Part shown: positions 45,541 through 58,114 of the stretch, in pieces
Position numbering within the stretch: the first letter of the stretch is position 1
How the letters are laid out: every line of letters begins with the position of its first letter
IMG/VR virus record: IMGVR_UViG_3300045125_000085
Span: 32,001-96,000 of that record
Origin: a virus
Reading direction: 5' to 3' (one strand)
DNA: 64,000 bases
Notes under the pieces: generated by a model
The model's input: only the letters and a program-made list of their open reading frames with translations
The model's database searches: none
What the model was told of the DNA's origin: nothing
Translations under genes and position numbers: made by a program

Positions 45541-47640
45541 ATGGCTGAAAACGACACACCACCCCCGTCTAGCTTACTGAATAATGATAATGTATCATTC
45601 TTGCTAGATAATGACTGGGCCCGCCAAGCCTTCCTTATTAGCGATGAAGGATTTAGGTGGCGCTGGCACTTACGATACCATCAATCGCTATTGGTCGACT
45701 AGCGCATAACAAGTTCACCGATACGTCGCTCAGGCGGTAATCTCGGTATTAACCCTAGACCGCAATTTACACCGTATGCTGATATCCCAGTTAAAGGTAG
45801 AATGAAAGATCGCAGTGATGTCACTGTCGATGATCAGAAACGGACTATTTCGGAATGGGTCGCTACTATAGTGAATCTATAGACGATAACGCCCAGACCA
45901 TCTACATGCGCTTCGGAGTACCGCAGTTTAACTCTTTAGTCGACTTCTTTCAACTAAAGCGTTCGATGCCGAATATGACGGCTAGTCGCCCGTACTGGTC
46001 GTGGCCCGAGCTGCTTGGTACGACGTCGCTAAAATAGCCGGTGCGATAGGTACTGGTTTACATGCCTTTCCAGCGATTAGTATCGATCGATCTTATCTGG
46101 TCAGGCTTATGCATGACTTGCATTTCAGTCAGCCGACGAGTCGTTCTACTACACTGAAGCCGACTATGCATACGTTATTGGTCAGCTGTCACTACCCTGA
46201 CTAACAGCTATCGCTGTCAACCGTGGCATACATGCCGCAAATCGTAGACGGCGGACAAGACCAGGTAGCAAGGTAATCCTCATAAGCTTAGATGCAGCAA
46301 TGATTGCAGAACCATGCACTCGATGGCGATGCCGGACATCTTTGATGAAGATGGCGGGATCGACGTCTATGCTGTCGCTAATAAAGCACAACGTCATGCT
46401 AATAAGCAGTTCATTAGATGACTGTAGTAACTCAATGTTGCAGTGATACGGATTTTGCTGGGTTTCGTGCAGAAGAGCAGATCAGGATAAGTTGATCGTA
46501 ACCGGGTAAGAGTCTCGTCGATCATAGCTTCATGCGCTGCATTTAAGGCATGGTAACGTATTACGACCATGAAGGATCAACCGACAGCCAGCTTAGAGCT
46601 ATTCGCCTAAAATCGACCCTGAGACATCGCTGGACTCTAGAAGGCGGCTGAGTCAGTCATCATCCTTAAGCTTCTTCGACTCTGAGTTTAGCAGATGGTA
46701 GTCAGTTTGCAGTATTTAAAGTAGACCACACAGGCTCTGCATCTGAAGTCTTTTAGCAACTCAGCAGTAGAGTCCGATCTGTCGAACAAGTATAACTAGC
46801 AAGCTCCTACAGACACGTAGAGGCTAAACTTAGTTTTGCTGACGGCAATATAGTAGGTGAGCTCGATCGGTGAGCATCCTAGGCGGTAGTCAGCCGATGC
46901 TGTCGTTGGTACAGTGAGCGGTATGACGCTAGGTATTTCTGACGTATTGCAATACCTAGGCAATACGTATCGTCGATATCCCGAAACACTGGCAGAGTTC
47001 TTCAGCGTCGCTACCGCGCACATCGTACACGATCCAGCTGATCAGCCCGTATGAAATCCCATATCGCAGATGACAAAACATCTATATACCGATCGCTATG
47101 CTGTTAGCCGCTGTACCTTACCCTCATCTACTGGTAAGCAATCTTACACTAGTCCGTTATTCTAGTCCAGCTGTTTGATGAGGCAGATGTCAGATCCAGC
47201 TCGGACTCATGGAATCTCTAAGTATTACTAGAGGTACCGCTAACTTACCATTTACTAACAGAGGTAGAGGTGATGGCGATAGATGTGAGCTTCTCCGTAA
47301 TGGATTTATCGAGCATCATGCATATGCCTATTTCCACTGGAGCTTTGTTTGGTGCGAATATGAGCGATGGATGAGGATAATATCCTCATGGATTATCTAG
47401 CGGTATTAGCAGGCCAAGATATCTACAGTCAAATGTACTCCTATTGCCTAAAGCTAAACTGAATGCAGTTAAGTATGCCGCACCAACTGGTTTGCTAAAG
47501 CATCTTCACCAGCCTACTGGGCTAGCTTTGATTCATGAAGAAACTACTACTGGGATGTTGGGCTACTTGTTCCCACTATCACCGATTATTAAGCTGTCTC
47601 ACCGACGTCAGATTTATTTCAAGAGCAATAAGTCAGCATA
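45541..47640 (+). CDS. Virion structural protein (phiKZ gp182-like), heavily fragmented
   Basis: [55 protein letters not shown] fragments; end approximate. Confidence 0.65.
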
Positions 47641-47682
47641 TAGCGAGAGAGCTATCTAGCTCTCCGCTATGCCGTCTTCATC

Positions 47683-48911
47683 TTAAGATCGCACCATATC
47701 CTGGGTTTTGACACGCATAGCGGCAAATGGATCACCGCTTTGACCAGACTGAGCATATGCTTGTTTCGCTTGTTGGCCTGCTAGCATCAATGCCGCGTCA
47801 CTAGGCACAGTCACACCACCATCCGTAACAGGACCTACTTGTAAGCACTGGGTCTGTAACAGTCCAGTCCACGGTGTCTGCGTGATCGTGATTTTCTCTA
47901 CCGATTTGATAGTGTGGCTCTGATACGTACTACTAGACCAATTCGGATCGACTTTATTTAAAGTCTGTACTGACTCTTCGTAGAGTTGTTCTCTTTGTAC
48001 GCTGGTGGTCCAGGCGGTATTTGAAAGTTACCAATAAACTGCTGGCTGACATTCGGTGCATTACTACTGACATAAGGGTGACCAGCATCACTATTCGCTA
48101 TTTCCATCATGCCGTTGACACTACCGTTCCTAGAGGCAGCATTAGCTAAAGCTCCACCGAGCTGATAGCGCTGACCAGGATTCTCTACCTGACTACTGAC
48201 GGACTGATAGACATTAGGTAAATTAGCTCGCATGCCTAGATTACCCATAGAGTATAAGGCTCGTTGTTGATTAGCAGGACTGTAGACTTTCCTAGGACTA
48301 TCGCTATTATCGCCGCCTGTGAAACTATCGAGCAGACTAGAGACATCACTGCCGCCCATCATACTACCAGCTACACTAGCTAGCTCTTTACCTTGGCTGA
48401 TGAGGTTACTGATACCTTCTTTACCACCGAAGCTATCGAGTAATCCGCCACCACCAGCACCTTCTAAGAAGTCGAGCTTGACAGCGCCGGAGAGTTCTTT
48501 AAAAGCACCTATGTCGAAGTTCCCACTCATTAAGCTAGAGCCGATCTTATCTAAGTTGAGATCAGACAGCTTATCGAAATCAATCACACTAGAGAGCTGA
48601 TCCTTAGCGCCACGGATCATCTCACCGACACTGCCTAAGCTATCTAAGCTAAAGCCGCCTTCACCGCCCAACATGCCTTTGACGCTATCCATGATCCCAG
48701 TAGACTCAGCGAGACTCACTGAGGCTACCCATGATATCGCCGCCATTCATTATAGATGAGACGGCTTCACCTAGACCACCTAAAGCACCGGAGTGCGCCA
48801 CCACCCATGGCTTGGCTAAACACACCGGAGTCAGCGGCGGCTCAGAAAGTCCATACTCGGTATATTAGTCTCTTTGTCTAAAAACTCAAAACGATTCGCT
48901 GCTATAGCCAT
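47683..48911 (-). CDS. Gly/Ser-rich putative virion protein, frameshifted
   Basis: ATG at 48911 with GAGGT RBS; 262-aa central ORF; flanked by hairpins. Confidence 0.55.
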
Positions 48912-49056
48912 AGCTACCTCGATAAAAAAAAACATCACAGCATTAAGCAAAAAATAATCCACATCCTAGAGGAGCCCGTAAGCCCCTCCAAGATGCAGAC
49001 TATTTAGAGCTTACTTATCAGCGAGATCGCCGTAAAAGCTCTAGTTGTCTCGGCCG

Positions 49057-49466
49057 TCAAGGCCGTAAAATCCTCCACATATTTCTCGTCAAATATGTGG
49101 TAACGTCTTCCTTACGACTTAAGCCATCCTTGGCCATACGGCGATCCAGCTTCCATGCCAGACGGAAGATTTTCATCCATGAGGTCAAACCGCTCTGCAG
49201 TTTGCTAAAGAAACGGTAGCAAGATTCATGGTGCCAAACCATGAATTTGATATACCGATTCACCGCATGTACTACAGATGACTTGATGCTGTCTGCTGCG
49301 GCATCTATCTCACGGCATTTTGCCAGTACTTTCATACCTTCTACGGTACTGGTCAAGCTGTCCTTTTTGCCGGTTTTCCATCCAAGCATGAATGCATCCC
49401 GCATTGCTTTACAACCATGATTACGAAAATGAAGACCTTGCGAACGAAAGCGAAGAAACTGTTCAT
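49057..49466 (-). CDS. Hypothetical basic protein behind leader copy B
   Basis: Start probably MNSFFAFVRKVFIFVIMVV (AGGAGG RBS), one indel joining ORF 49057-49473; end uncertain. Confidence 0.6.
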
Positions 49467-49575
49467 AGCACACCTCCTAAGGTATGGTAATAAGTCCATA
49501 CAGCTGAACGACCGTATAGACTGGAAAGGGTGAATGATCTAGCCACCAGTAGGCTAAGATCATCTTTAATATATG
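49467..49575 (-). promoter_or_regulatory. Early-type promoter plus structured 5' leader (copy B)
   Basis: CATATATTAAAG then ATGATCTTAGCCTACTG hairpin, CACCCTTTCCAG, second hairpin, SD hairpin. Confidence 0.7.
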
Positions 49576-49617
49576 GGATTATGTTTTTCTGCACTTTAAA
49601 CTAGAGCTTTAGCTAGT

Positions 49618-49977
49618 TTACTCCACATAAATGCCTTTACCGATATCGATAAACTGCAGCAACTCTCGCATCTGGTCATACGTAGCAGTCAGGTTAAATA
49701 GCGTCTCATCCATAGTCTCGTCTAGGACTAGTACGCGTATCCACATAGATCATCCATGCTGATGCGGTATAAGTCTTTACTATCAGGAAACCGAAATAGC
49801 TTAAAGCCATGATACTGCTTAGCGACACATTCTTTTAAACAACTACTTAAAGCCGCCATGATCGTCCACGGCAATGACCAGACTGCATACTGCGTACCAG
49901 TCTGTTTTACTTTAAACTCTACGCCATGACTGATCTATACGTAGAGTATGCTGACGGTGCTTAATAATCGTTTTCAT
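49618..49977 (-). CDS. Hypothetical protein (frameshifted)
   Basis: GGAG RBS + MKTIIKH; coding-like fragments to ..GKGIYVE stop. Confidence 0.45.
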
Positions 49978-50136
49978 AGGTAAAGGCTCCGGATGGTCTA
50001 TAAATAAAAAAGTGGCATAGCAGAGAGTGCTATCACAGCACTCTCTGCATCTCATTTTAAGGTGCTACTTCAGCACCGTGATCTCAACTCATCCTGATAA
50101 CGCATCCTAGCAGAGCTCGATCAGCTCTGCTCCTCA

Positions 50137-50808
50137 TTATCCTGCAGACTGACAGCCTAGCTTAGGTTTAGGAAACTTTAAGCAATCAAGTATGCTCAGA
50201 TTCAGCCTATTCTTGAGGAACTCAAAACTAGGTAAGCGATCCTCACGTAATGCTTTCCTGATTTCATCAAAGCCTAGTATTAACCAAGGCCCGCAGTCTG
50301 GACGTATCCGTACGCCATCTTCACGCTTATAGATGTAGTAACATTCTAGCTTTGAGCTCACAGTCCTTAAGAGCCTCAGCCCATTGCGGATACTGCTGGA
50401 GCTTTTGCCAGTTTGCATCCATGATGATTTCTCTGAAGTTAAATACTTCAGCTCTAGTCAGCTTACGTTCAAAGTTACGTAAGCGTCTGCCCACTAGACA
50501 GACTCCTTATCTCATCACAGCGTTCTGCTGATAAGACGTATTTCCAAAAGGTCTCGATAGAGCAGAATCTACCTAAGACATTATGGACAAACGGAGCTTG
50601 TGTACGCTGATCCAGAAACTGGCCGAGATCAGTACTACCGCGGTTCCAAATATTCAAGTGATCGACGCCGTCTTCACCCAAGGTCATCGGTGACGGCATC
50701 GGTGTCCTTATAAGGGTTATGGCGTCGAGTACGACGCTGTCCAGACCCTCTAAAGTCTGCTATTTGCCCCAGACCCTTGAAGTCTGGAGTATAAAGTTCA
50801 TTTCGCAT
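50137..50808 (-). CDS. Conserved phiKZ-like hypothetical protein, frameshifted
   Basis: GEDGVDHLNI..TDLG..LGRFCSIETFWKY; fragments 50475-50699 and 50137-50418. Confidence 0.6.
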
Positions 50809-50845
50809 AATTAAGCTCCAGGTAAGTCACACGATATCCCTTATG

Positions 50846-51385
50846 GCTCAGGCATTTCTTGCTGGTAAGTATATGCGTCAGAGAGGTGAAAGAACAGATA
50901 GATCATTACCAATACTAGCAACCAGTGATTTTGTTTCAGCAAGGCGTCGCAGTATTCGTACTCTACTCGTAATTGCTCCTGGATAGGCTGAGGTATCAAG
51001 CAGGTGTCGGTGTCCTTATTGTCCTCGGGTTCAAAATACAGCCCGCCGGGCTAATACGCCACGTAACTGTATCATCATGCCATTCCAATTAGGACAGATT
51101 GATCTGTACCTGCTTAGTGAGATTCAGCACAAAGTCTCTCAATATCTCATCTTGGAAGATCTGCTCAGTCGTCCTTAATAAACTATCCGGCATGAGCAGC
51201 TGGTATAGTCTATTACCGTAATACCACTGATAGAGAAAATCCATGACGTGTTCTTTATCATCTCTACCGCTAGGGAGTACACGCATGAGCTCTCTATCTA
51301 GTAACGCGATGATCAACTCACCGGCTTCAGCGAAACTAGGAGCCTGGGTAGTGACGCTATAGATGTAATTATTTTTCTCAGTCAT
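50846..51385 (-). CDS. Hypothetical protein, frameshifted
   Basis: ORF 51089-51385 continues in other frames; end approximate. Confidence 0.5.
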
Positions 51386-51920
51386 GATGGTGCTCCCTCA
51401 TCGGTCGTATCAGTGGTGTCGGGTGTAGAGCATCTCTTCATCGCTCATGATGTCTAAAGCGACGACGATATCATGCTCCGTGATAGTCTTTGTTATGGTG
51501 GTGGAGTCGTATCACCAGCTCGAACTTAGGGATATTCAGAAAGCGCATCGCTTTAATAAATACCCGCCAAGTCTATAGTGCTCTTAAACAGTTCCTTCTT
51601 TAAATTCCCTCTAGCTCGTGACCTATCCTTGACATCGCCGATTCTGGCGTTGCGAGGATTCATCAGAAAAGACTCCATCAGCCTATGAAACTGATTTTCT
51701 TCTTATTCGCAGATCAAACAAGATCTTCTGGAATAAAGCTGCTAAGACACTATCGACACCGCCACTCTGAGGTACGGTACCGATTTGATGTGCCTTATCG
51801 CCGTAAGGTATGTTTATGAAATGACATACTTAACTCCTAGGTCGAAGACTACTCTTAAGGTAGTCGGGTCGTGATATGTGCTCTTTAAATAAAGAGCACG
51901 GCCAGTGATAGGTCGTTATA

Positions 51921-52419
51921 TTAGACTGCTTCAAACAGCGCTAATAATGAGACCGTGTTGTTTAATAAGACATCGAGGACTTGCAGCGTATGGGCTTGAC
52001 GACTACCGACGACTGCTTCACAACTACGATACTGCACGATAAAGGCAGTAGCGGCAGTCTGCCATTCTTCTATAGCTCGGACAGGATCGATATACTGACC
52101 ATATGCATCTAAGAAGAACTCCCACAACGCTATAGATTGCAGAGAGTTATTATAGACATGCGGCATGAGTCCGATATCGTCACTGAGCGCCGTCGTCGCT
52201 ATTTCTAAATGGAACGTATATGCTTCTATAGTAGTGAATAATACACTTGCATCGCCAGAGCCTATACTCAGGATCATAGATCCGGCTGAAATGATCAGCA
52301 CGGATACTTTCTACACTGTACAGACCTTGATCGGTCAGGTGCGGTAAAGCGAGTAGTGGTGGAGTGGATTTACCCACCCACTGCAGACATCGCTTTAAGA
52401 GTCGATGAGCCATGCACAT
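51921..52419 (-). CDS. Hypothetical protein, frameshifted
   Basis: Overlapping ORFs 52180-52419 and 51921-52301. Confidence 0.45.
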
Positions 52420-52473
52420 GGCTATATCCTCAAGATTACTATATAAGTTTGATTTTTTTAGGAGCTGTCTTTT

Positions 52474-52870
52474 TATGACTACTGATACACTCTACGCAGA
52501 CGATGATGCGCTCATCCTGCAGCACACCAAAAACATACGCTTTAAAGATCGTCGATCACTTTACTAGCGAAAATGGCTCATTGCCGCGTAATCAAGGTGA
52601 ATGGGCTGCACTGCATCCAAGCCCTAGATGGCTTAGATCGTACTGTGTTTACTAAAGCTAAACTCAAGTCAGACGAACAAAACCAACAACAACGCCAGCA
52701 AGTACTCGACGTAGTCTGCTGTAGCTCCAGCGTACGGAAGTACAGGCATCGTTGCCACCTGTCCGTACGCAGGATTTACCCGATCTACCTACTGACTATA
52801 CAGTAGTACCTGTACCGGGTGAGACCGATATCGGCTTACATGACTTAAACTACATGAGCAGTTCATGAGT
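52474..52870 (+). CDS. Hypothetical protein, frameshifted
   Basis: AGGAG RBS + ATG near 52475; ALDGLDRTVFTKAKLKSDEQ; ends approximate. Confidence 0.5.
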
Positions 52871-52903
52871 GCTCAAGAATAAATCTTAGCAGAGGTAGAC
52901 TCC

Positions 52904-53682
52904 TTAAGTGGAGTCTCCCTTAGGCGTAGACTCAGGCTGTGGAAAACCATCGGCTTTTTCCATGACCGCCATCGTCTCTTCAAACGCTATTGAGAAATAG
53001 CGCACGGGTAATAATGTCAGCTGAATTAGCGGTCCTGCTATTTGCTCCATCGCTTCAAACGGTGACATCTTTAAAGCCTGTGACTCAGCTACCGCCGTAT
53101 CACTAGGGCGGTCCATTAAAGTACAGAGCAGGACCCATCAAAGTCACTTCAGGGCAAGTCGTCTTTTTCCACTGACCATTTAAGCTGTGGTGTTCTAACC
53201 ACTCTGGATAACGGTACAGGACTAAGACGCTACATTCTTTTGACCCAAGCGGGATTCAGCTGATCGTAGTCATAGCGAACGATCTGTATATCACAGACTT
53301 GCTTGACCGCACTAGCGACTGCACGCACTATGATTTCTTGCTCAGTATCCGTCAGCTCGTACGGATACATATTGATCATGATCTTAGGCGTGTATTGATA
53401 AGGTCCTTGTACGCCTTGCTTTAAGGTCTCGTGTACAAACTCTTTACATAACCGTACCATCGGTGTCAGTACACTATTCTTTAAAGTCTGTCTATCCCTA
53501 GAGCGATAAACTTTCTCAAAGAGCTCTTGATTGACAGGAAACTCATCGGTCCAGCGATCTAAGTAACCTTTGCGTAAGACAGTCTCAGCGGTTTCTGAAT
53601 CTATCAGAAATAAAGTCGCTAAACGTGTATCGAGCAGACAATCTAGCTCGATGCATAGTAAAGAAGTAAAGGTGTCAGACAT
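52904..53682 (-). CDS. Conserved phiKZ-like protein with ELDCLLDTR motif, frameshifted
   Basis: ORF 53230-53715 (start re-assigned to MSDTF) plus 52904-53116; INMYPYEL. Confidence 0.6.
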
Positions 53683-53760
53683 ATCAGCCTCATGGTAATG
53701 ACAGTGACCCCACACATCACAGGCCCCTGAGCAGTATCGACTGCTCAGGGGCCTTATGCG

Positions 53761-54447
53761 CTACAGGGTGTTAGAGAGATGCATTGCCTTTAAAAAGGTA
53801 CTGGACCGTCCGGGTGGATTCGACTCCTCCGGCATAATGACTTAAAAGTCTTCTAGGTTAGCGCTACCGTGCCGATTGATCATGGCATTGAGCGCACGTC
53901 GCCCTTTTCGTATCACCGCCTCTATACTTAAATAGCTCAGTGACCGATTTGTCCAGACCCATAGCCGTCATTACTTGTAGCTCTGGGAAAGAGATCTTAG
54001 CACCACGTCTGGCTTCACCTGTGGGTTGGCCTGAGAGTATGTCTGAAGTCTTATCGGACTCTTGTACTGATAACTTCTTGACTAGCATCTGAGAGGCACG
54101 TCGTAACGGCATGTCGATCACCATGTACTTGACAGGTGTCAGATGGGTAGGGATGCCATCATGCTCACCTATCCATAGCCTCTGAAAGAAATCATGACCT
54201 AACTTTTTAGCGACTGCTATATTCCTCTCTAAAGTCGGTGAAGCTCCGAAGTTAGGCATCGTTAAAGTCAGGCACTTTTACCAGTCGCTAGATCATCGAT
54301 GAACTGTTTAAACTCAGCTTCACTGATTTTATCAAAGTAAGCTTTATACAACTCAGTCGTAGGTCCTTTCGGTACCATAGCTTCTAAGCATTGCAGGATA
54401 AACTGTTCAGTCTTTTGTCTAGCAGGAGATTTAGCTATGGTGCTCAT
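53761..54447 (-). CDS. Virion RNA polymerase beta C-terminal subunit (phiKZ gp149-like), frameshifted
   Basis: LPRR-like PLRRASQMLVKK, GQPTG, AKISFPELQV, ELFKYRGGD, C-terminal AMHLSNTL. Confidence 0.82.
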
Positions 54448-54613
54448 GGCCTAAAGCCTTCGGTAAACGATGCAAAGCAGCGAATGGCAGTACCGTATCG
54501 CCTACTAACTTTTGCCAGTCATTGATTTCACCTTGGTAGATCAAGCAATAACGCTCATTGATAGATACAGCAGGACACGCCATCAGTTGCAGGTTCCAAA
54601 ACTGATTCAGCAT
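54431..54613 (-). CDS. Small hypothetical protein (may join 54555-54809 by frameshift)
   Basis: ORF track; operon packing. Confidence 0.45.
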   Translation of the reverse strand: MLNQFWNLQLMACPAVSINERYCLIYQGEINDWQKLVGDTVLPFAALHRLPKALGHEHHS

Positions 54614-54809
54614 ATGCCAGCTGCACCCGACTGTTCTTATCTCTGGCCTCGATGATGTAATGGCTAGTATCGTAGTTATTGACGACCTCGTCAGCTAGAC
54701 CTGCCTCTAGCAATCGGTCTCGCATCCAGCTCACCAGATCGACCTCCTCAGGGGTACGTGGAGCATGGTAGTCCTGTACTCCTTGAATATACTGCGCATT
54801 AGAAAGCAT
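54555..54809 (-). CDS. Small hypothetical protein
   Basis: GAGGA RBS; ORF track. Confidence 0.5.
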   Translation of the reverse strand: MLSNAQYIQGVQDYHAPRTPEEVDLVSWMRDRLLEAGLADEVVNNYDTSHYIIEARDKNSRVQLAYAESVLEPATDGVSCCIYQ

Positions 54810-54852
54810 AAAGCTAAATCCTCACACTTAAAGAAACATAGAAAGAGCACGC

Positions 54853-56290
54853 CTAGCGCGCTCTCGGTAATTTATCATCGCCAGCCCAGTACGGTGAGTA
54901 CAGGCCCTTACGCATACGGAGTAAATCCATAGTGCTTAAAAATGGCACAGGGTGCTGATCATTATTGACAGTCCACCAGCCTCTAGTACTCAAGAGTACG
55001 TCCCAGTCCCAGCCGAGCTTAATCAAATCCTCAAATAATTGCTGAGGTGTGCACAGTATGTCTTCATCTTTTAAGTAGCGCCAGTAGTGATGCATCTGAG
55101 CCAGCTCTGCCGTGATATTCATGGCACGCCTTAATTTAGCATCTTGATTAAGCTTACTGCGGACACTCGGACGTGAGAGCTTGAGTGACGGATAGAGATC
55201 CAAACTATAATTGGAGTTACTGCCACTGATACCCGAAGCGATCGCACTGATCTTTCAGGTAATGAAACTCACTCAAGCTAGGTAATACGCCTTCAGTCTG
55301 ACTAACGATGAGGTTAAGTACAAAGCCCGTCATACCGGATTTACCACGCAGCTGCCGTAAGCTGACTTGATTTAAATCTAAGTCACCCGGCATCTGGTCG
55401 TCAGCAGTCGAGAGGATACTCAGGGCCTTTAGTGCTTTGATTCAGTAAAGGTGAGGCATTATACGCATGCCAGCAATTACTCATCAAAAAGAAAAACTGA
55501 TCAGTGACGCCTTTGATCTTATCACCATTCTTTAAATGCTGTAACTTCTTAACTGGTGCTTGTGGGATAGGACCGGTAGCGATATTCAGGTCTTTACCCA
55601 TATGAGCTGTCAGCAGCACATAATGCTGCGCTCTCGCAGCGTGTAGCAGGGATCTCCATCATGAACCTAGTCTTAGCTAAGCCTTGACGCATGTGGATCA
55701 CATTGCCACCACTATCACCTAACAGATTATCTTCTTGGATCTTAGCGATATTCTCAGTTTCAAACAAAGTAAAACTGTCAATGCTAGTATAGGTAGGTAC
55801 GAGTATTTCAAACAGCTTACCATTCTTAGCAAGAAACGGAGTAGGGACTGTGAGCTTCTTAGCGTTATCGCGCTTATCCCTAAGAAATTGTTTTAAGATC
55901 TCGTACCAAGGATCAGCATAGTATTGCGTCTTATCGCTCAGTAGCCAGGTACCTTCTTCGACTATGTCTTTATCTTTAAAGCTCTCGAACTTCTGTGAGA
56001 TACGCAGCCATGCGTGACGGCTGACGATTTAACTCTGTATCGTACGTCGTCCCTGAGGTCTCAGTGCTACAGGCGATCCTATCCATAGCTGATAGCATCA
56101 TGTAATCCATCACAGTAGATTTGAAGTTATTGCCGATACCGACGACTCCCGTCAGTAAGCTGAGTCCGCCATTGATGATGCTTTCACCGTGGATACCGAG
56201 GACACTGTGGCCGGTCGGGATATCGAGTCCTGCGCCGACATTGATCATGACTTTGTATTCAGGGGCGGGATCGAATTTTGGTCGTAACAT
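54853..56290 (-). CDS. uvsX: UvsX/RecA-like recombinase (phiKZ gp152-like), frameshifted
   Basis: INVGAGLDIPTG, P-loop GIGNNFKS, YDTE, IDSF, LTAH, LRGKSG; about 480 codons. Confidence 0.82.
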
Positions 56291-56435
56291 AAATATGCTC
56301 CGTCGAGTGAGTATGGGGGTCACACTATCAGTCTCCACCCAGACTATTTTATATGTGTATGCCTGAGGCGGCGTTTAATGCTATGATTACTCTGGCCGCT
56401 TAGGTCATCGTCTTTACACGGCACACGAGGTCCGT

Positions 56436-57448
56436 ATGAAACCTACTTTATTTTCGGCCGATTCGGTGTCGGTGTCGCTGGAAACCCAGATGGCACAGCT
56501 CGCCTTAGAGGCACAGTTTATGCAGAATGTGACGGATCTGTTCCGGAACATAGTCCCGTCTTTTAAAGCTAGATTGCAGCAGCTGCATCAGCAGCTCACT
56601 GGTTTTACTCAGAAAGATGCAGCGCAAGATCTCATAGCTAACTATGACAATAAGATGGCTTATGCCCATCGCTTCGATAAACGTACTCAGACGGCTTTAG
56701 ATAATGCCAAGCACTTAGATCTACTGATCTTTGGCGAACACATCATCACTATCCCTGAGAACTTCAAAGGCAGCCTGCCCGTATACACGACTACCTCTGA
56801 GACAGACTGTTAGAGACTGGCTTACGGCATCAGTCTTTACTCGATACTTTCAATCAGCAACTCTCAGCTTTCATTAACAACCCAGAGCAACGCAGCTCCG
56901 TCACTGGTAATGTGAGCTTCGCTGAATCGAGTAATCAAAGCGCCGTCTTAAAGGAATACCGTGAGCAGTCTACTAAGACTTTAAAGACTTTCTTCGGTAA
57001 GGATACTGGCATCTCTAAAGCACCTTTGAAAAATGTCCTAGAGCGTTTCGCTGATTTAGAAGCACTCATCGTGCAGATGCAGATGATGGCTCACTTCTTA
57101 GATGTGAAAATACTCCACAGCTATCAAGAAAAGATCCAGCAGATGATCCAGCTACTCGACATCATCATGGATCAGTACCGTAAAGGTACGGTCACTACTG
57201 TCTCGCCTAAAGTCGCTATGACTCTTTCGCAAAATGTCTACGATGTCGCTCAGTATGTAGAGTTCGTAGCACTACTCCAGTATGACGGTAGAGTCTGCTT
57301 AAACGTCGTCGATAGGATCATAGAAGGTCTAGCTAAACCCGATGAATGGAAAGCAGCTAATCCACGACAAGGCTTTGATGAACCTAAGCAATCTAAATGG
57401 TTCGTAGGCTTACAGAATCTCTGGCAGTACGTCCACCAGGGCGCATGA
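56436..57448 (+). CDS. Virion structural protein (phiKZ gp153-like), frameshifted
   Basis: GAGG RBS; ITIPENFKG; divergent from uvsX as in phiKZ-like synteny. Confidence 0.6.
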
Positions 57449-57536
57449 TCGTATACTTAGTCGGCATAAAGACACTGTGAGTCTACTCTAGCTTTTGAGC
57501 AGACTCACAGTGTGATAGGGGCATGTATGCTATCGT

Positions 57537-57976
57537 CTTATCCAGCTAGCGGACTAGCTGTTTTTTGATCTAAGATACTACGATAGAGTACTTGTAGATC
57601 ACCGGCTACTTCATCAGTAGATCCATAGACCATGTAGTCAGGCGCGCTCTTAATCAGGTTCCTCGCTAAATTATAAAAGTCAGGCGGACCATCAGTCTGG
57701 CTGACAGTAACAGGCAACCTGCCGCCACATCCATTGGTACTTGACTAAAGGAAACTCAATAGCTGCAGGATCGTGAGCTAAATTGAGTACTTCGTTGACT
57801 TGCTCTAAAGCAGTTTTATCAGGCTCTTTCATCCAATCCAAGACACCTAACGTCGAAGCAATAAAGATCAACCTCTTAAAGCGTTTAGGTAAGTAACTGT
57901 GTAAAGCTTGGCTTAACCATTGCTTCCAACGTGGTAGCGGTTGATTATAATCAATGGGCTCGACTAAGACATTCAT
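57537..57976 (-). CDS. Hypothetical protein, frameshifted
   Basis: GAGGT RBS; ORF 57692-57976 continues in another frame. Confidence 0.55.
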
Positions 57977-58114
57977 GACTGAGACCTCAGGTAGAAGAAA
58001 GACAGCGATATCGCATAAAGGCTGTAACAGCGACGATACCGGCGTAGGATGAAAGACTGTAGGAGTCCTTTTTTGCTAAGAAAGTATCCGCATAGTCATA
58101 AGACACTACAGTCT

